Below are positions 39,085 to 52,111 of a stretch of DNA of 52,390 nucleotides, piece after piece (position 1 is the first letter of the stretch; each line of letters starts with the position of its first letter). This stretch comes from Chromera velia. Lineage: Eukaryota. The notes under the pieces were generated by a model. It saw only the letters and a program-made list of their open reading frames with translations. It ran no database searches and was not told where the DNA came from. The translations under genes were made by a program, and so were the position numbers. The stretch spans positions 1-52,390 of the forward strand of contig JAHBMJ010000243.1 of NCBI GenBank assembly GCA_018398765.1, given 5' to 3'.

Positions 39085-40199
39085 TTGACATTTTTGTTTT
39101 TTCTTTTCCTTTTTCTAGGAGAAGAGAAGAGGGGCGTGGAGAGGAGAGGACATGGAGTCTCAATCATGAAATTCTTCTTTGGCGAGAGCAGCAGACTGAA
39201 TGGGGGGTCTGCTTGCGGGTAATGGGATTTGGCTCTGGCCAATGCTCTAGTAATTCGCTCTTTCTTGCATGAATCCTCTTTTTTGGTGCTTCATTTTTTT
39301 GTGTTTCGGAAACACTGAACAAGTGAAGGTTTCATGGCATCAAATGGGGCTTCCTCCTTGTTTGCATGGAGTGTGAGGGTTGCATGGAGGAGGAGGACAT
39401 GCAGTAGGTGTGTGGTCGGACGTGGTGAGGTCTTTCTTGGCCATTTCTTGATTGTTGTGTGAAGGGACAACGACTGTGCGTGGAATGTAACATCGGTTCA
39501 GGGAATGTGGTGGGAGACGCGAGCAGGAAGCGCTAGCGGACAGACTCTCCCTCTGTCTGTCTGCGCGCCTTCCCAAGCTGCGAGCGAATCTCTGTGCAAA
39601 AGATGGGAGGAGGGCTTCTGCATGTGTCGGCCTTCTCTGTTTATGGATTTTCAGCCCTTTATTCATGAGCGCTCACATTTTTGGAGCAGCTGGTTTTGCG
39701 TGCATGGGCGTGCTTGCTCGATAGAACGGTTCCAGTGAGTGGATGGAAAAATCGCTTGGATGCATGATGCGCGTCACAGGAAATAAAACATTTTTCGTGT
39801 ACTGAAATTAAAATCAAAGCGAAATCCTCCTTTTCCCTAGACGGTTGAGTAATCTCGCCTCGCCCCCCCTCTTTCACCTCTGGCTGATCGGATTCAACGG
39901 TTGATTGTTGGCCCTGACTTGTTTTCCTTTGACTGTCGGAATCGTGTCAATGCGCGCGAAAGCCGGTTTGTGATGATGGGTTGGATGTCTTTGACCACGA
40001 GGGTCAAATGTCAGAACAAACGTACATGCATGGAGAGGGCAACCCTCAAGAAACCATGCAGCATACTGAATTCCGTCCCAATGTCCGTGGGGGAAAAATC
40101 GTCATTTGACGCACCAGTAGTGGAAAGTGCTGCGAGAATGAATTCAAACACGAGATTCGATAAAAACAAAGTAGGTTGAGTGACCTATGCGTTTCACGC

Positions 40200-40315
40200 A
40201 GCGTTTAAGACTTGAAAGCTAGCTGAAAAACTATTTAATGATGCTTACTTTGCCTTTTTTTCTAGTTTTTTTTTAGTTTAATAGTTCAGCAATTTTTGTG
40301 TAAACTCATTTAAGA

Positions 40316-40348
<33 letters not shown>

Positions 40349-41000
40349 TATATAAAGAGAATATATATATATATATATATAGTATCAGGATAGTTCTAGT
40401 TCTCGTTTTAATCTGGAAAGTCTATCCAAGTCTGGTTCTACTGTAAAAGAATCTTTGTACGTACATCAGTCTAGATACTTAATCTGTGGTTCTGGGGAGA
40501 TTTAGTTCGGATTATGATTTATTTTCTTGGTTTGCCCCGAGGCTAGTCCCAAGGTGATTTACCAGGGGACCAATAGTATTTAATGATCGATTAGCTGGTC
40601 AATTACGATGATAATTTTATACTTATTCAAGTCTTATTGCTATACATCATCATATAGTGTTTTTAAAAATATTTTCGTATAGGTTTTCTATTTAAATGGT
40701 TCACTACTATTATTAGCACTAGTATTGTAGCAATATATTGCGTACACACTATCTAGTACATTCATCATGGTATCATTACTAGCTATAACCTTAGCGGTGG
40801 CGACAGCTTGACAAAGCGGGAACTAAAGAGAGAAGGCCTAGCGTAAAACCAATCAATCAATCAATTAATAACTATATATGGATTAAAAGTTTTTTGCTTA
40901 GTTTCTTATTAATGTTCTGGTGACTGCTTCTGTCGAATCCGCATCGAAGTCTCATATAATCAATTATAATAATTATATTCATTTTTATCATAATATTATT
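40200..41000. other. AT-rich intergenic island with (TA)n, (ATCA)n and fragments shared with other islands
   Basis: Sharp compositional change. (TA)n at about 40316-40381. TCATCATGGTATCATTA at 40762-40778 matches MITE A 9365-9381 at 16/17. Confidence 0.7.
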
Positions 41001-41001
41001 A

Positions 41002-44000
41002 TCAGTCTGGTTTTCTTTCTGGTTCCCCCTCCTCTGGATCTGGGTCTTTCTCTTTCTTTGAAAAGAACGTCTCTTTCAAGTACCGGATTTTCTTTTCATC
41101 TCGCCAATTCACGTTGCGATGCCGACCCAACCTCTCTTTTCGGAACGCCCTCTGGTAAACTTGCTTCAAAGTGTTCAAAAGACTGACAATTGACTTATTT
41201 CTGTTATCTCTCCCATGATAAGCTCTGCAAAGATGCTCCAATGCGTCTGCGGCGACAAAAAAAGCGATAACGTCGTCCTGACCTTCCGTCGCCACCCCGT
41301 CTTTCTCTGCTTTTGTCACTGCCGCCCGGAGCAGCCGCACGCCCATCTCCATCTCTGCTCGCGTTCTCTTGGGAACTTCACGTAGGGAGCCACAGTCGTG
41401 GGCGTTTGTGTACGGCACACTCAACACTCGGGGCGGGTTCCCCAGCAGAACGGCTGCAGCTGACACAAACTCATGGGTACCCGTTGCTTTTCCCCTCGAG
41501 AGGAGCAGCTCTCCTACCCTCGAGGCAAGTGTTCGGACATACCCGAGCATTTTCTCATCAACTCGACCCATGCAGAGCAACAAAGTCTGCAGAACGCATC
41601 GAAAGGACTGCTCACTCAAGAGTTTTTTTTTCTTCCTCATTTCCAAGAGGGCCATTTGGTCTCTCATCAAGAAAAGGGGGGTTCGCCCCCCCCGCAGGAA
41701 GTTCCTCATTTTCTCTGCGGCACTGTCTGCCACGTCAAAGTAATCGGTTCGAATCCAGGCCTTCTCTGAGTCCAGGAAGGCAAGCGCGTGGTGAACCGGC
41801 TCCCCCTCCCCCCTAGAAAACCCTCCTTGCACGTTCACACCGTAGGAAAAGAGCCAAAAGAAGAGACTCTCATTTAGAGGGGAGAACTTTCCCCACTGCG
41901 CCATTCTCTGCAGAAAATAATCACCGCAAGCAGCAATCAGCGCAAGCACAAAGAAAGGCAGAGAGCGATCAACCTGCCAAGCCTCACGGTGCTGCATCAA
42001 CCAAAGCACAACTACCCATGCGTCTCTGGGCCGACACAGGAGGGCAGTCCAAAGGAAGTAGACAAGTAGAATTTCATCCGGTCTCTCGAAAGCAGGCTGG
42101 AGATACTGCTTCGATGCACTCTGCTTTTTCAGAGCACGATTCACACTCCCCCTTCTTGCCCTCAATATCTCCACTGCTTCTGCAACACCTGCAACAACAT
42201 ACATCATTGCCAGCTCCTTTCCCTTATCCGACCGGGCCAGTTCGGATCTCCCGTCCCGTGCTGCGACTGCGGATGCAAAAACCCCCATTTTCAGGAACAG
42301 AAAGTGGACTGCCCCAGCCCTCATGTCAGATTCCTCAAGTTCAATCTCGACCCCACTTCCCCCTTTCCACCCCCCTTTAAAAAGAATTCGATTCGGAATC
42401 TTTACCCCCTTTTCCAGCTTCAACTTCTGCACAAAAGGCGCCTCTGCGCACAAAATGTCAAACCTGCCTCCAAGGATCAAAGCAAAGGCCCTGCACAGGT
42501 ACGCAGACACGGTAGTCTCTTCCATCTCCGGTACCCCCCCCGGCTCGTCTCCATTGAGCAAAGAGGCAGACGAGGAGGGAGAGGAGGACAGCCAGACCTG
42601 ATAAGGCTTGGGAAAGATTTCGTTGGTGTTACTGCTGTCTTTTCTCAAAGCACGAAGGATGTCTTCCATCAAGGAAGGCCCCAGAAGGCGGTGCTCTGAA
42701 AGCATCAATAACACCTGAAGCATCTTCTCCCACCTCTCCATACCGACACCCCCTTCGCCCCCCTCGGAACTTTCTCCCTGTCGCCTTGAAGGCGAACCTG
42801 CAATGCCCCCCCCACTACCTGCTGAAGAGAACAGGAGGCGGTCAATCAGAAGCCGGCCCAACGATTCAATCACGGACCCCACTGTGAACCGCCCATATGC
42901 AGGGGCAGGGGGAGCAGCGGTTGCGGGAAGTCGGTTGAAATTCTGCTGAAGAAGAATAATGAATCTTGTCATATGACGCTGGCTGCCGGCAAGAAGACAG
43001 GCAAGAAGGTGCAGCCAGAGGAGAAGGGCGGAGGAGTATTCTCTGCCTCTGCCGTCCTCCTCCTCTTCTGAGGATGAGGATACCATCTTACGGATCTGTG
43101 GAGTGGAAAGGAAGTGTTCCATCTCGTTGTACCGTCTCTGTTTCAGAAAAGCTAACGCACAACAGCAGATGAATTTCTCGGGAGTTACCTCAAATCTATG
43201 CAGTGGCTGAAATGCCTTGACGATCCGACCAGCCAGAAGGGAAAAGTGGGCATGGTCTTTGTACTGAAACTCCCCCACTCTCTGCCTGTGGAATGGCTGC
43301 TGTGACTGCTGGGGGGAAAATCGAAAAGGCTTGTAGTGCTGAGTCAGTATCCAGGCAGCTAGTGAAAGCTGTCTCAAATTCAGACGCATCATTTTGACCC
43401 CCCTCTTACTGCTGTGCAATGTGCTGTCCTCCTGCGCCTGCTTATGCAACTCTGATTCCAAATAGTGCACGTACTTGTCTGGTTTGAACAAACGGGCGCT
43501 GTGCACTTTCGTCTCGTGTTTCAACAAAGACACTTCATCGGCTCTGTTGTCCGGAAGCCTCACCCTCAAGTCAAAGATGCGACAGATCTCTCTCTCCAAA
43601 CTGACCAGATTCAATTCATCCGGACGTGCGTACATTGCTCGCGTGAGGGTCGGCTGATTGGGAGGAGGGGGGGCGTCTGCGGCTGCGGCTTCTTGTGCTG
43701 AGCGGTCTGCGAGGTCGGCGAAGACATCGGACCAGGGGGGGAGGGGTTGCAGATAAAATTGGGTAATGGGAGAAGGCGAACGGCATGCAAAAGTGTCCAC
43801 GGTGGAATTTGCAACGAACGGAGGGGGCTCATCCTCGCCCATTTCCCAATTCGAGCATGTATCTATCCAGAGAGGCAGAGACTCCTCAGAAGCCTCCCGG
43901 GATGACTTTCGCTGGTAAAGGGACGCGAGCAAGGGTCTGAAGCCGGAAAGCGCGGTGGCAAGGTGCGTTGGTGGCCAGGAGGCCGACGGCGCTTCAAACG

Positions 44001-47000
44001 TTTCGGTGGTGTCTGGATGTAGAGATGAAGAATCGGATGGCAATGGGGATCGCTTTGGATAGCGTCGGGGGTATGCTGCAGGCCGGAACAGGTGTCTGAG
44101 AGACTTCCATGCGTCCCCAATTTTTACGAAGAGGTCGGTGTGAGTTTTCTCTAGAGTTTGGACAAGACGGGATGAGTTTGTCCCTGACGGAATCGACGTA
44201 TGTGCTTCAGAATCCGGTATCCTCGCACGTAAAAGGGCGGAAGAGAGAGCTGCCTTGTCTGTCGCGTTTAGGTCGGACAGGCTCTGAAGGACCTCTCTGG
44301 GCCTGGGGAGTGATAGGGACAGTAGGCGCTCGGTCTTTGCTTGCGTCTCTTTCAACAGTCGTACAGCCAGGAGGATATTCGATTTGTCAATCACTGTTGA
44401 AGATGCCTCATCTCTGTATCTCCCTCCTCCCCCCCCCCCTTCTTTATTTTCACTGTCTGCTCTCTCTCGGTCTTTACCGTCTTCCCCGTCTCCCCTTCCA
44501 CGGACAGAGGACCTACCCACCCGATTCTTTTGCTCTTCCTCCGACTCTCGCTGTGAGTCAACGGCCGGCCACAGGAGGCACTCAATCGCAGTCTCAGCGA
44601 TCGCAGGATGGTCTGAGATGCAAAATTCGTTCGGCCTCGGACCAATGGGCTTCTGACTGACAAGGCCACGGACCACTCGTTTGGCGTCAGCACGTTCGCT
44701 CGGTTTGATCTTGGTGGGTAACATTCTGCGAAGGGCCAGGAAAAGGTCTCCGAAAATGCCCTTCAAAAAGCGATCGCGATCAAACCCGCGAGCAGTATTC
44801 GAGAGAGAGGAACGACTACGCCACGCATATTGGTGAAGCTGGATGGCGGAGCGCCAGTATGGATTCGGCTCCCGTCTGGCGCAAATCGATAGAAACGCGG
44901 CAGAGAAGCGTGGGTCAATTCTCTTTCCCTCTTGATTCGCTATCTCTTTCAGGCGTGTGTAGGCGAACTGCGAAGAGAAAAACATGGCGGAATCGATCTT
45001 GGGTGCCAAAGCGACGATCCACAGAAAGCGTTTTGCGCCTTCCTGCATTCACTCAGACAGATGAGAGCGAGTGAATAAATCACCCAAAACAGAGGAAGGG
45101 AAGGATGACGTATCGTAGTTAAGAAAGAACACAGCGATGTGACTTGTGCATATGAGGGTAGATTCACAAATCTGTTTCCATTCTATGCTTGCATGTCAGG
45201 CTGGGAGGTCTACGTTGGTAGATGTCCCGAAAAATCCCAAAACATTAAAGTGCAGTGATAGAGACAGGCGCGGTAGCGTCAATGTTGGAGTTCCTCCGCG
45301 CTTCATCAATCCAATTACGCCTTCGTTGCTCCCTTTGCTTCTTTGTCTCTTCCTTCCTTCCTTCCTTCCTTGCGTCCTTTTGTCCTTCCTTTCTCCCTCC
45401 CCTCATTCAACCCTTTCTTCTGTAGTTCCCTCCTTCCTCTCTGGGTGCACTATTCTGCGGATTGCATCAACGACACGGGAACCTTCTGCAATCATCCGCA
45501 TGGCAGACGGACGGTCAGTCCAACAAAACCCCCTAATAAAAATTCACTCACAGACTTGCAGACGAGCATCTTGGTCTGTCTCGTCTCTGTTTTCCCCCCT
45601 GTCCCCCCCACACAGACAAGCAACGTCACAAAAAAAGGGAGAGGAAGAGAAACCACTATCTTACTGACTCACTCACTGACAGATGTGACTTCGATGCCGT
45701 CGTGCCAGTTCGTCTTCTTCCGCATAGACCCATCGAAGGAGGTAAACTCTTCGTAGGCCAAGAATTTGAACGCACAAAGGCTCAGCTTATAACCTGGAGT
45801 AGCGCTGACGACGTCAAGGGGTGAGTCCATTGTGACTTCTCCCGACTCCTGGGAGTCCGCAACGGTGTCCTTCTTCACCTCCCCGCCCCCCTCGCCGTTT
45901 CCTCTTTTCTGCTTGTCGGACAACGAACCGACGATTGCCTCGAGGACAACACCGGCGCTGTACCGGAAGGAATCATACCTGCACCACGGAATGGGAGGAG
46001 CAGTCGATTGAGAAAAAGAGAAAAGAAGAGAAGAGAAGAAGTCCTGCACACAGAGAGAGCATCGAGGTTGCTGTCTTCTTTCTTTACTATGTCATTCACG
46101 AAGCAGAGAAGAGGAGCAAGGGAGACCCCAAAATGGACTGCTCCCGCATGGGGCATCAATAATCAGAAGAGGAAGAAGAGTGCGAAGGAGAAGGAGCTGT
46201 CGGGAAAGGAAACAGCGAGCGCACGAAAGAAAGTGCTGGAGACGAAGAAGGCTTCGGAGCTGGGGGCTCTACAGCAGCAGCAGCAGAAGCAGCACACTCC
46301 ACAAAGAGTCGCCAACGAGCACACTTTCCTGTGAATGCGTACTGAGGAAATAGCCTGGACGGAGGAAGGCAGGGGGAAAGGGAATTGCAGAAAAAGGAAA
46401 CGAGCAGTAGACAAACGTTGACCTCAACCCCCATACCTGTAATGTGAATAAGTCTCCAAAGTAGGCAGCCCCCAGTTGAACCAGTTCTTGGCGATGATCC
46501 AGGCAACTGGCCAGGTCGCGTATCTGTTCTCTAGCACCCCGATTTTTAGGACCAGCCGACATGTAGTCACAGTGGGGGGAAAGCCGAATTTCATCATCTG
46601 TCTAATCAGACTCATCGCCTTTGACAAACGGTGGCACTCCGAGAGTTCAGGGTACCAAACTTTCTTGTTGCGTATTTTGTTCAACTGGGTTTCTGCGGTT
46701 AGCATGTAAAGATGCACCATGGCACGCGAACGAAGGAAATGACCGATGACATTCCATGTCCGGTGTCGTAGTTTGCTTCTGCTTGGACTTCCTTTGATGA
46801 ACTTCCAAGAGTCTGTTTTCTCTCTCCACATCTTCTCCAACTCACGAACGTGCTCAACGAAAGGGTCCACATTCCCCCTCCGAACAAACGCTGCCACACG
46901 TGCCAACTGCCTCGTCGGGGCATTCCACGACTGTGCGCTGTCTCGCAAGAGATCTGGACCAAGCAGTTCTGGTGAAGTTGCGGACATAACGAACAGCCAA

Positions 47001-48419
47001 AGGGCCTCCGTGCCCGTATTGTAGTTCCATTTCTCCAACAGCAAAATGGTCTCAAGCAAGGTGGTTAAAACTTCAGCCTTGCTTGGAAGCATCTCCTCCT
47101 CCCCTACCTCTTCTTCATCTCCCGCAACGTCAACGTCAGCATCTATCTCTGCACTCTCCCCTCCCCCTTCCAGCATCCCTTCTTCTCCCTCAAGGCCCTT
47201 TTCAAACGCCCGAAAAATTCGGACTGGAATTCTCATCAAATGCCGTGTGGTCGCTTTCGACAAAATCGGTGTGTGCGTCATCAGCGGCCTTTTCTTTCCG
47301 AGCCCCTCCCTTGCCAGCTCGCTCAACACCCTCAGTGCCCGCAAGCTATGCCCCTCTTCATTCTCTTGAAGAGAACAACAATACATGCCAAGCAAAATGA
47401 AGGTCGTGTAAAATCGGGGGTGGAGCGCAGCCCAAGCGTCCAGCTCTCCCTGCCACCCTTTGAGAAACGACCGATAGAATTCCAACAATGTTGAATACTT
47501 TCCCAACCGCAAGAGCGAAAGAACAATCTGCGCAACCACCACTGCAGTCCTTTTTTCTCCATTTTCTTTAAACGCCTCAACGATTTTCATCAGTACACCA
47601 GAATCAGACTCAAGAGAGTCGGGAGAACACACAGCAGCGGCCGCCTCAATGATCACTACGGTTTCAAATTCATTCCCCCCTTTGGCATCCTCTAACAACG
47701 GCAGGATTTCGGAGGTTGACTGCATGAGGGGAAGCCGGAACTCTACCAAAGGATCGAGCTGAAGCGTCTTTCGAAGAGCCCGACCGAAAACCGTAAACGT
47801 GTAAGGCCAGAGAAATTCCGTCGCTTGAAGGAAAATCTCTTTCTGCGACTCAGGCGGTTGGACAGGATATTCATAAATGGGAAACAGTTCAGAAGGTCGA
47901 CGTGTCATGACGTCGGGCTGGGCTCCAACGGGAGCCTTTCTTCTCGAATTCTCCGGCATCGGCCTGTGATGCCTCAAATACCTGTTCACACTTTCCCTGA
48001 AAGTCCTGTGAACCTCAGCCTGCTGAGCCTGGTGAGGAACTGAGCTGCGAGCGAATTCATTCGATTCCGCTAGCTTTTTCTGCCAGTCATCTTCTCCATA
48101 CTCCAATCCTCCTCCTTTCTGTTGAATCCGAGCCCCCGCCCCCCCCGGGGAATCCCCCCCTCGAAATAGCTGTTCCTCGAGAGGCATTTCTTCCCACTCC
48201 TCTTTAGCAGTAGAGAAGCGAGCTTCCCTGCCCTTAGTGAAATCCCCTCTCAGACCACCCAGAGGAAGAGGCGACTGCAGAGCCTGCACACAGTAAGAAC
48301 CAACGCGGAAGCAGAAAAGGGGCAAGGGAAGGGAGGATTGACACCACCTGTGGAAGGAAGGAAGGAAGGAAGGAAGGAAGGAAGGAAGGAAGAAAGGAAG
48401 AAAGGAAGAAAGGAAGAAA

Positions 48420-48461
<42 letters not shown>

Positions 48462-48473
48462 GAGAAGAAAAAA

Positions 48474-48504
<31 letters not shown>

Positions 48505-48509
48505 GAAAG

Positions 48510-48546
<37 letters not shown>

Positions 48547-48765
48547 AAGAAAGGCGCTCCAATGTCGAGACGCCTGAGCAAAGCACCAATTTGAGGAATT
48601 CCAGTCCTCCACGTTTGCACCTGAAGGGAGTCTCTCTCAGCTGAGTATTATGATCAGAGTAAAACCCTCGAGCTTCTCCAGCTGTCTGACTGTCAGTCTA
48701 CCACAACTGTTGGCACCACTTCTTTCTTTCTTTCTTTCTTTCTTTCGCTTTCTTTCTTTCTTTCG

Positions 48766-48808
<43 letters not shown>

Positions 48809-49575
48809 TCGCTTTCTTTCTTTCTTTCTTTCTTTCTCTTTCTTTCTTTCTGGCTGACTTGCTGCCTGCCTACTGTCTATGAGATCACCGACCGACCGAC
48901 CGCTTCCGTGTCGAACCGCTCGATCTCCTGAATGAGGGAGCTGTCGGCCTCTCCAAAATCGAGGAACAGATCTGGAATGTTTCTGTCTTCCAGGCCTGCG
49001 AACCACTCAGGCACATCGTCTTTCCAGAGACGCTCTGGCGGTCTTTCGTCTCGCTTCTCTGGTGGTGTGCCTCCGGAGAAGCTCTTGGCCTCCGTCTCTG
49101 CAGACAATATCTCAAACACCAGGGGGGAGGCCCGTCTCCTCTTGTTGTGCATACACACACACTCCGTTGGTTCCCAGCATGTTTCCGATTCTCTGTAGTG
49201 TGGATCAGTCTCATGCAGGTTGCCGTCTCCTCCCTTCCCCTGACTCTCTGCCTGCCCCGCAGGAGCAAAAAGGTTGAAAAGGGCTGCCTTCATGCCAATT
49301 ATGAGAATACCAGCCAACGGAAACGTAAGCTCGAGAGGTGTAAGGGCAGTCAAAGAAGCAACGCGAAATGACAAGCAAAACAGAGCAACACCAGGGTACT
49401 AACCTTCATCCCCAGTATGTGCTTCGAGGTCTCCTCTAGATGACCTCTGGAGCCTGTGAGACCGTCTCCAGCCTTGAACGTGATAGCACGGGGGACTAGT
49501 CAGGAAGCCTACGCACCGAGACACGAACAAATGAAGAAAAATTAGTTGGAAGCTGGAAGCTCCCGGGAGACACAT
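41002..49575 (-). CDS. Large alpha-helical hypothetical protein with a bipartite (signal + transit) plastid-targeting-like leader and PPR-like motifs; 5 exons, about 2184 aa
   Basis: Phase-consistent exons: 49575-49404, 49097-48901, 48283-46437, 45978-45681, 45042-41002 (6555 nt). N-terminus MCLPGASSFQLIFLHLFVSRCVG|FLTSPPCYHVQGWRRSHRLQRSSR. Motif LSKAMSLIRQMMKFGFPPTVTTCRLVLK. The first two exon junctions are less certain. Confidence 0.7.
48352..48552. repeat. (GGAA)n/(AAAG)n microsatellite, intronic
   Basis: Directly visible. Confidence 0.95.
48718..48851. repeat. (TTTC)n microsatellite, intronic, in opposite orientation to the 48352-48552 tract
   Basis: Directly visible. Confidence 0.95.
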
Positions 49576-50054
49576 TGCAGTGTCTCCGAGATGACCGAAC
49601 TGAGTGGGAGATCCGGAGACCTGCGCTGGTCTCTGAAAACTCTCTAAAAACCCAACAACCTCTCAGGTACACCTTTGAGACTTCATTGGCCCTTCTCTAC
49701 ACTTGGACTCGGAGGACTTGTCGGTTTCAGTGGACTAGCTGATGATTCGTTTTTGGATCTGACACCATTACCACAGAGTGAACAACACTATAGCTTGCGC
49801 GCGCTTGCAGTCAGGGGTGCACGCTGCCCGCAAAGCTATAGGGGTGCATGATCGATCAACTTGAGATGCGGATATTCAATGTGACCAATTCCAGTCAATC
49901 CTCCTGGCAGAAATCCTCATTAAACGCGTGCAAAGCGGTACACTTTGGCATGACACTTCGCATCGCGCGATTCCACAGAGAAATAATCGTCTGCTGCGCA
50001 ATCCAGCAGTGTGAAGAGTGGGCGCCACGATTTTCTAACGTGCGAGACGAGACG

Positions 50055-51071
50055 ATGGCAGGCAAACCTCCCCTTCCTGCCCATGTGCTCCATCACCTCT
50101 CCCCTGAACCCATTCCCGAGGAGGAGGAAGTCGAGGGAGGGGTTCCAGTGTTCAATCGGGTAGGAGGAGAGACAGCTGTCAGTTCCTCCTCTCCCAAGGG
50201 GCACAGCTGGAATGAGTACTTTGATGAGACATTCTTTTTGGACGTCGGAGGGGACAAGTTTCAGGTCTTCCTTGCAGGCACAAAGGGGCCCCTGGTTGTG
50301 TGCTTCCATGGGGGGGGGCACTCCTCTCTCAGTTGGGCCCACATGGCAAAATTGTGCAAGGCCGATGTGCGAGTGGCTGCCTTCGACTGTGTAGGGCATG
50401 GGGGGACAGAGTGTAAGGACGAGACGGACTTCAGCAAAGAACGTCTCGTGCGAGACGGCGTCGCAGTGACAAAAAAAATTTGGGAGCGGTGCAAGGAAGC
50501 AGGAGGGGAGGAGCCTGACATTTTGCTGGTGGGGCACAGTATGGGGGGAGCGATTGCGAGTCGTGTGGCAGCGACAGAGGAGGTCCCTCGTCTGGGGGGT
50601 CTGGTGGTGTTAGACGTTGTCGAAGGAACAGCCTTGGAAGCTCTGGGCGCGATGCGCTCTGTGGTGTCTCGATTCCCCTCTAGATTTGCATCGCTGCAAG
50701 AAGCAATCGACTGGACGGTGAAATCAGGCACGGTCCAGAATAGGGAGTCTGCGATGGTCTCTGTACCTTCGCAGCTGTGTCAGAACCCAGACGGTTCGTG
50801 GAAGTACCGTCTCGATTTGATGAAGACAGAACCCTTCTGGGACGGGTGGTTTCGGGGTCTCTCTGAGGTGTTCTTGGCTGTGAAGGTCGCTCGAATGCTT
50901 GTGCTTGCAGGGCATGACCGGCTTGACAAGCCGCTGATGATCGCGCAGATGCAGGGGAAGTTCCAGGTAGCTCTGGTTCCTCAGTCCGGACACGTGATTG
51001 AGGAAGACCAACCTGAGAGAGTAGCAGGCCTGCTTGTCGAATTTGCAAAAAGGTACAGGCTGAAGGGATGA
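50055..51071 (+). CDS. PPME1: Protein phosphatase methylesterase 1 (PME-1, alpha/beta hydrolase), 338 aa, intronless
   Basis: Motifs WNEYFD, FHGGGHSSLSW, nucleophile GHSMGG, LDVVEGTALEAL, FWDGWFRGLSEVFL, LAGHDRLDKPLMIAQMQGKFQ and GHVIEED. The ATG at 50055 is preferred over the upstream ATG at 49848. Confidence 0.93.
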   Translation: MAGKPPLPAHVLHHLSPEPIPEEEEVEGGVPVFNRVGGETAVSSSSPKGHSWNEYFDETFFLDVGGDKFQVFLAGTKGPLVVCFHGGGHSSLSWAHMAKLCKADVRVAAFDCVGHGGTECKDETDFSKERLVRDGVAVTKKIWERCKEAGGEEPDILLVGHSMGGAIASRVAATEEVPRLGGLVVLDVVEGTALEALGAMRSVVSRFPSRFASLQEAIDWTVKSGTVQNRESAMVSVPSQLCQNPDGSWKYRLDLMKTEPFWDGWFRGLSEVFLAVKVARMLVLAGHDRLDKPLMIAQMQGKFQVALVPQSGHVIEEDQPERVAGLLVEFAKRYRLKG

Positions 51072-52111
51072 GTGAGGGAGCATCGGAGCGACTCTGAAAA
51101 GAGACGACAAGAAGCGCTGCAAACCAAGTAAATGGAATTCAACAATCAATGGAATTCAACACCAAATGGGACAGATAGAAAGAGATATAGAAAGATCTCT
51201 ATGTTGTTCGCTTTTCTTTTAAATTCCGAGGATGCTCTCTACCTCGCTTTGTGACCAAGTCACTGCGGTTCTCGACTTTTTTTTTCCGACTCCAATCGTA
51301 CCGTCCGCTCACCGACTTTCCATGTGTTTCTGTCCATCTGTATGAAGAGACGAGTCTGTCTGAAGCAGCAGTGAGGAGCGTGTGACGCCAGTGATCACGT
51401 GAAATCCTGCCGGGAGGTACCAGAGGCAAGGGGTGTTTACCTCTTCACCTTTCGGACCCCCTGCCCTGGCTGACCACCTTGTCTGAGTGTCCGTATTGTT
51501 GTCTTGTCTTTTGTTCCTTCCTTGTTTCTTTGTCAACCGTGTAGTACTACATAAAGAGAAGAATTAAGAGAGGAGAAAAGCGGGAAACACACTGTCTGTC
51601 TGGCTTGCTGGCTGCATGGCTGTAGTTTGTCTGTCTGTCTATTAGTCTTCTGGGCTCTTCTCAGACTCTTCTGGAAGAAAGGAAGTCTGAGAAAAATGAA
51701 AGAAAGGATGGTATATACTTATTTTCCCAGCTCGTTTTTCTTAGTATAACTTTTTTTAATCTTTATATAAATCTTATCAATAAAAAAGGTTGTGGCACCT
51801 TTCCTATAGTGCCAAGCTAGGATTATAGGATTAGGATATAAGGATTAATGTTCCGGGTTTTTTTATGGTCCAGTGCCTAGTCCACTGCTAATTGAAAAAC
51901 GCTATACAGTATGGTTAGGAGTAACGAAAGTAGACTGGTTACTAGGCAGCCGCTAGGCCGTCCGGTTACACAGGATTATAGGATTACATTGTGTTTGGGG
52001 CCGGAGCCCTAGACTTGCGTGCCAGTTATCTGACGTCCGCCTTGCACCATATATTCATGCACATTACTCCACACCATGCACGCATACATGCAATGACACA
52101 TCTCATCATAA

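Noticed and set aside
46156..46334. Coding-looking segment on both strands
   Set aside because: The phase-compatible splice gives an implausible Cys-run peptide ending in a stop, whereas joining 46437 to 45978 keeps the frame open. Treated as intron.
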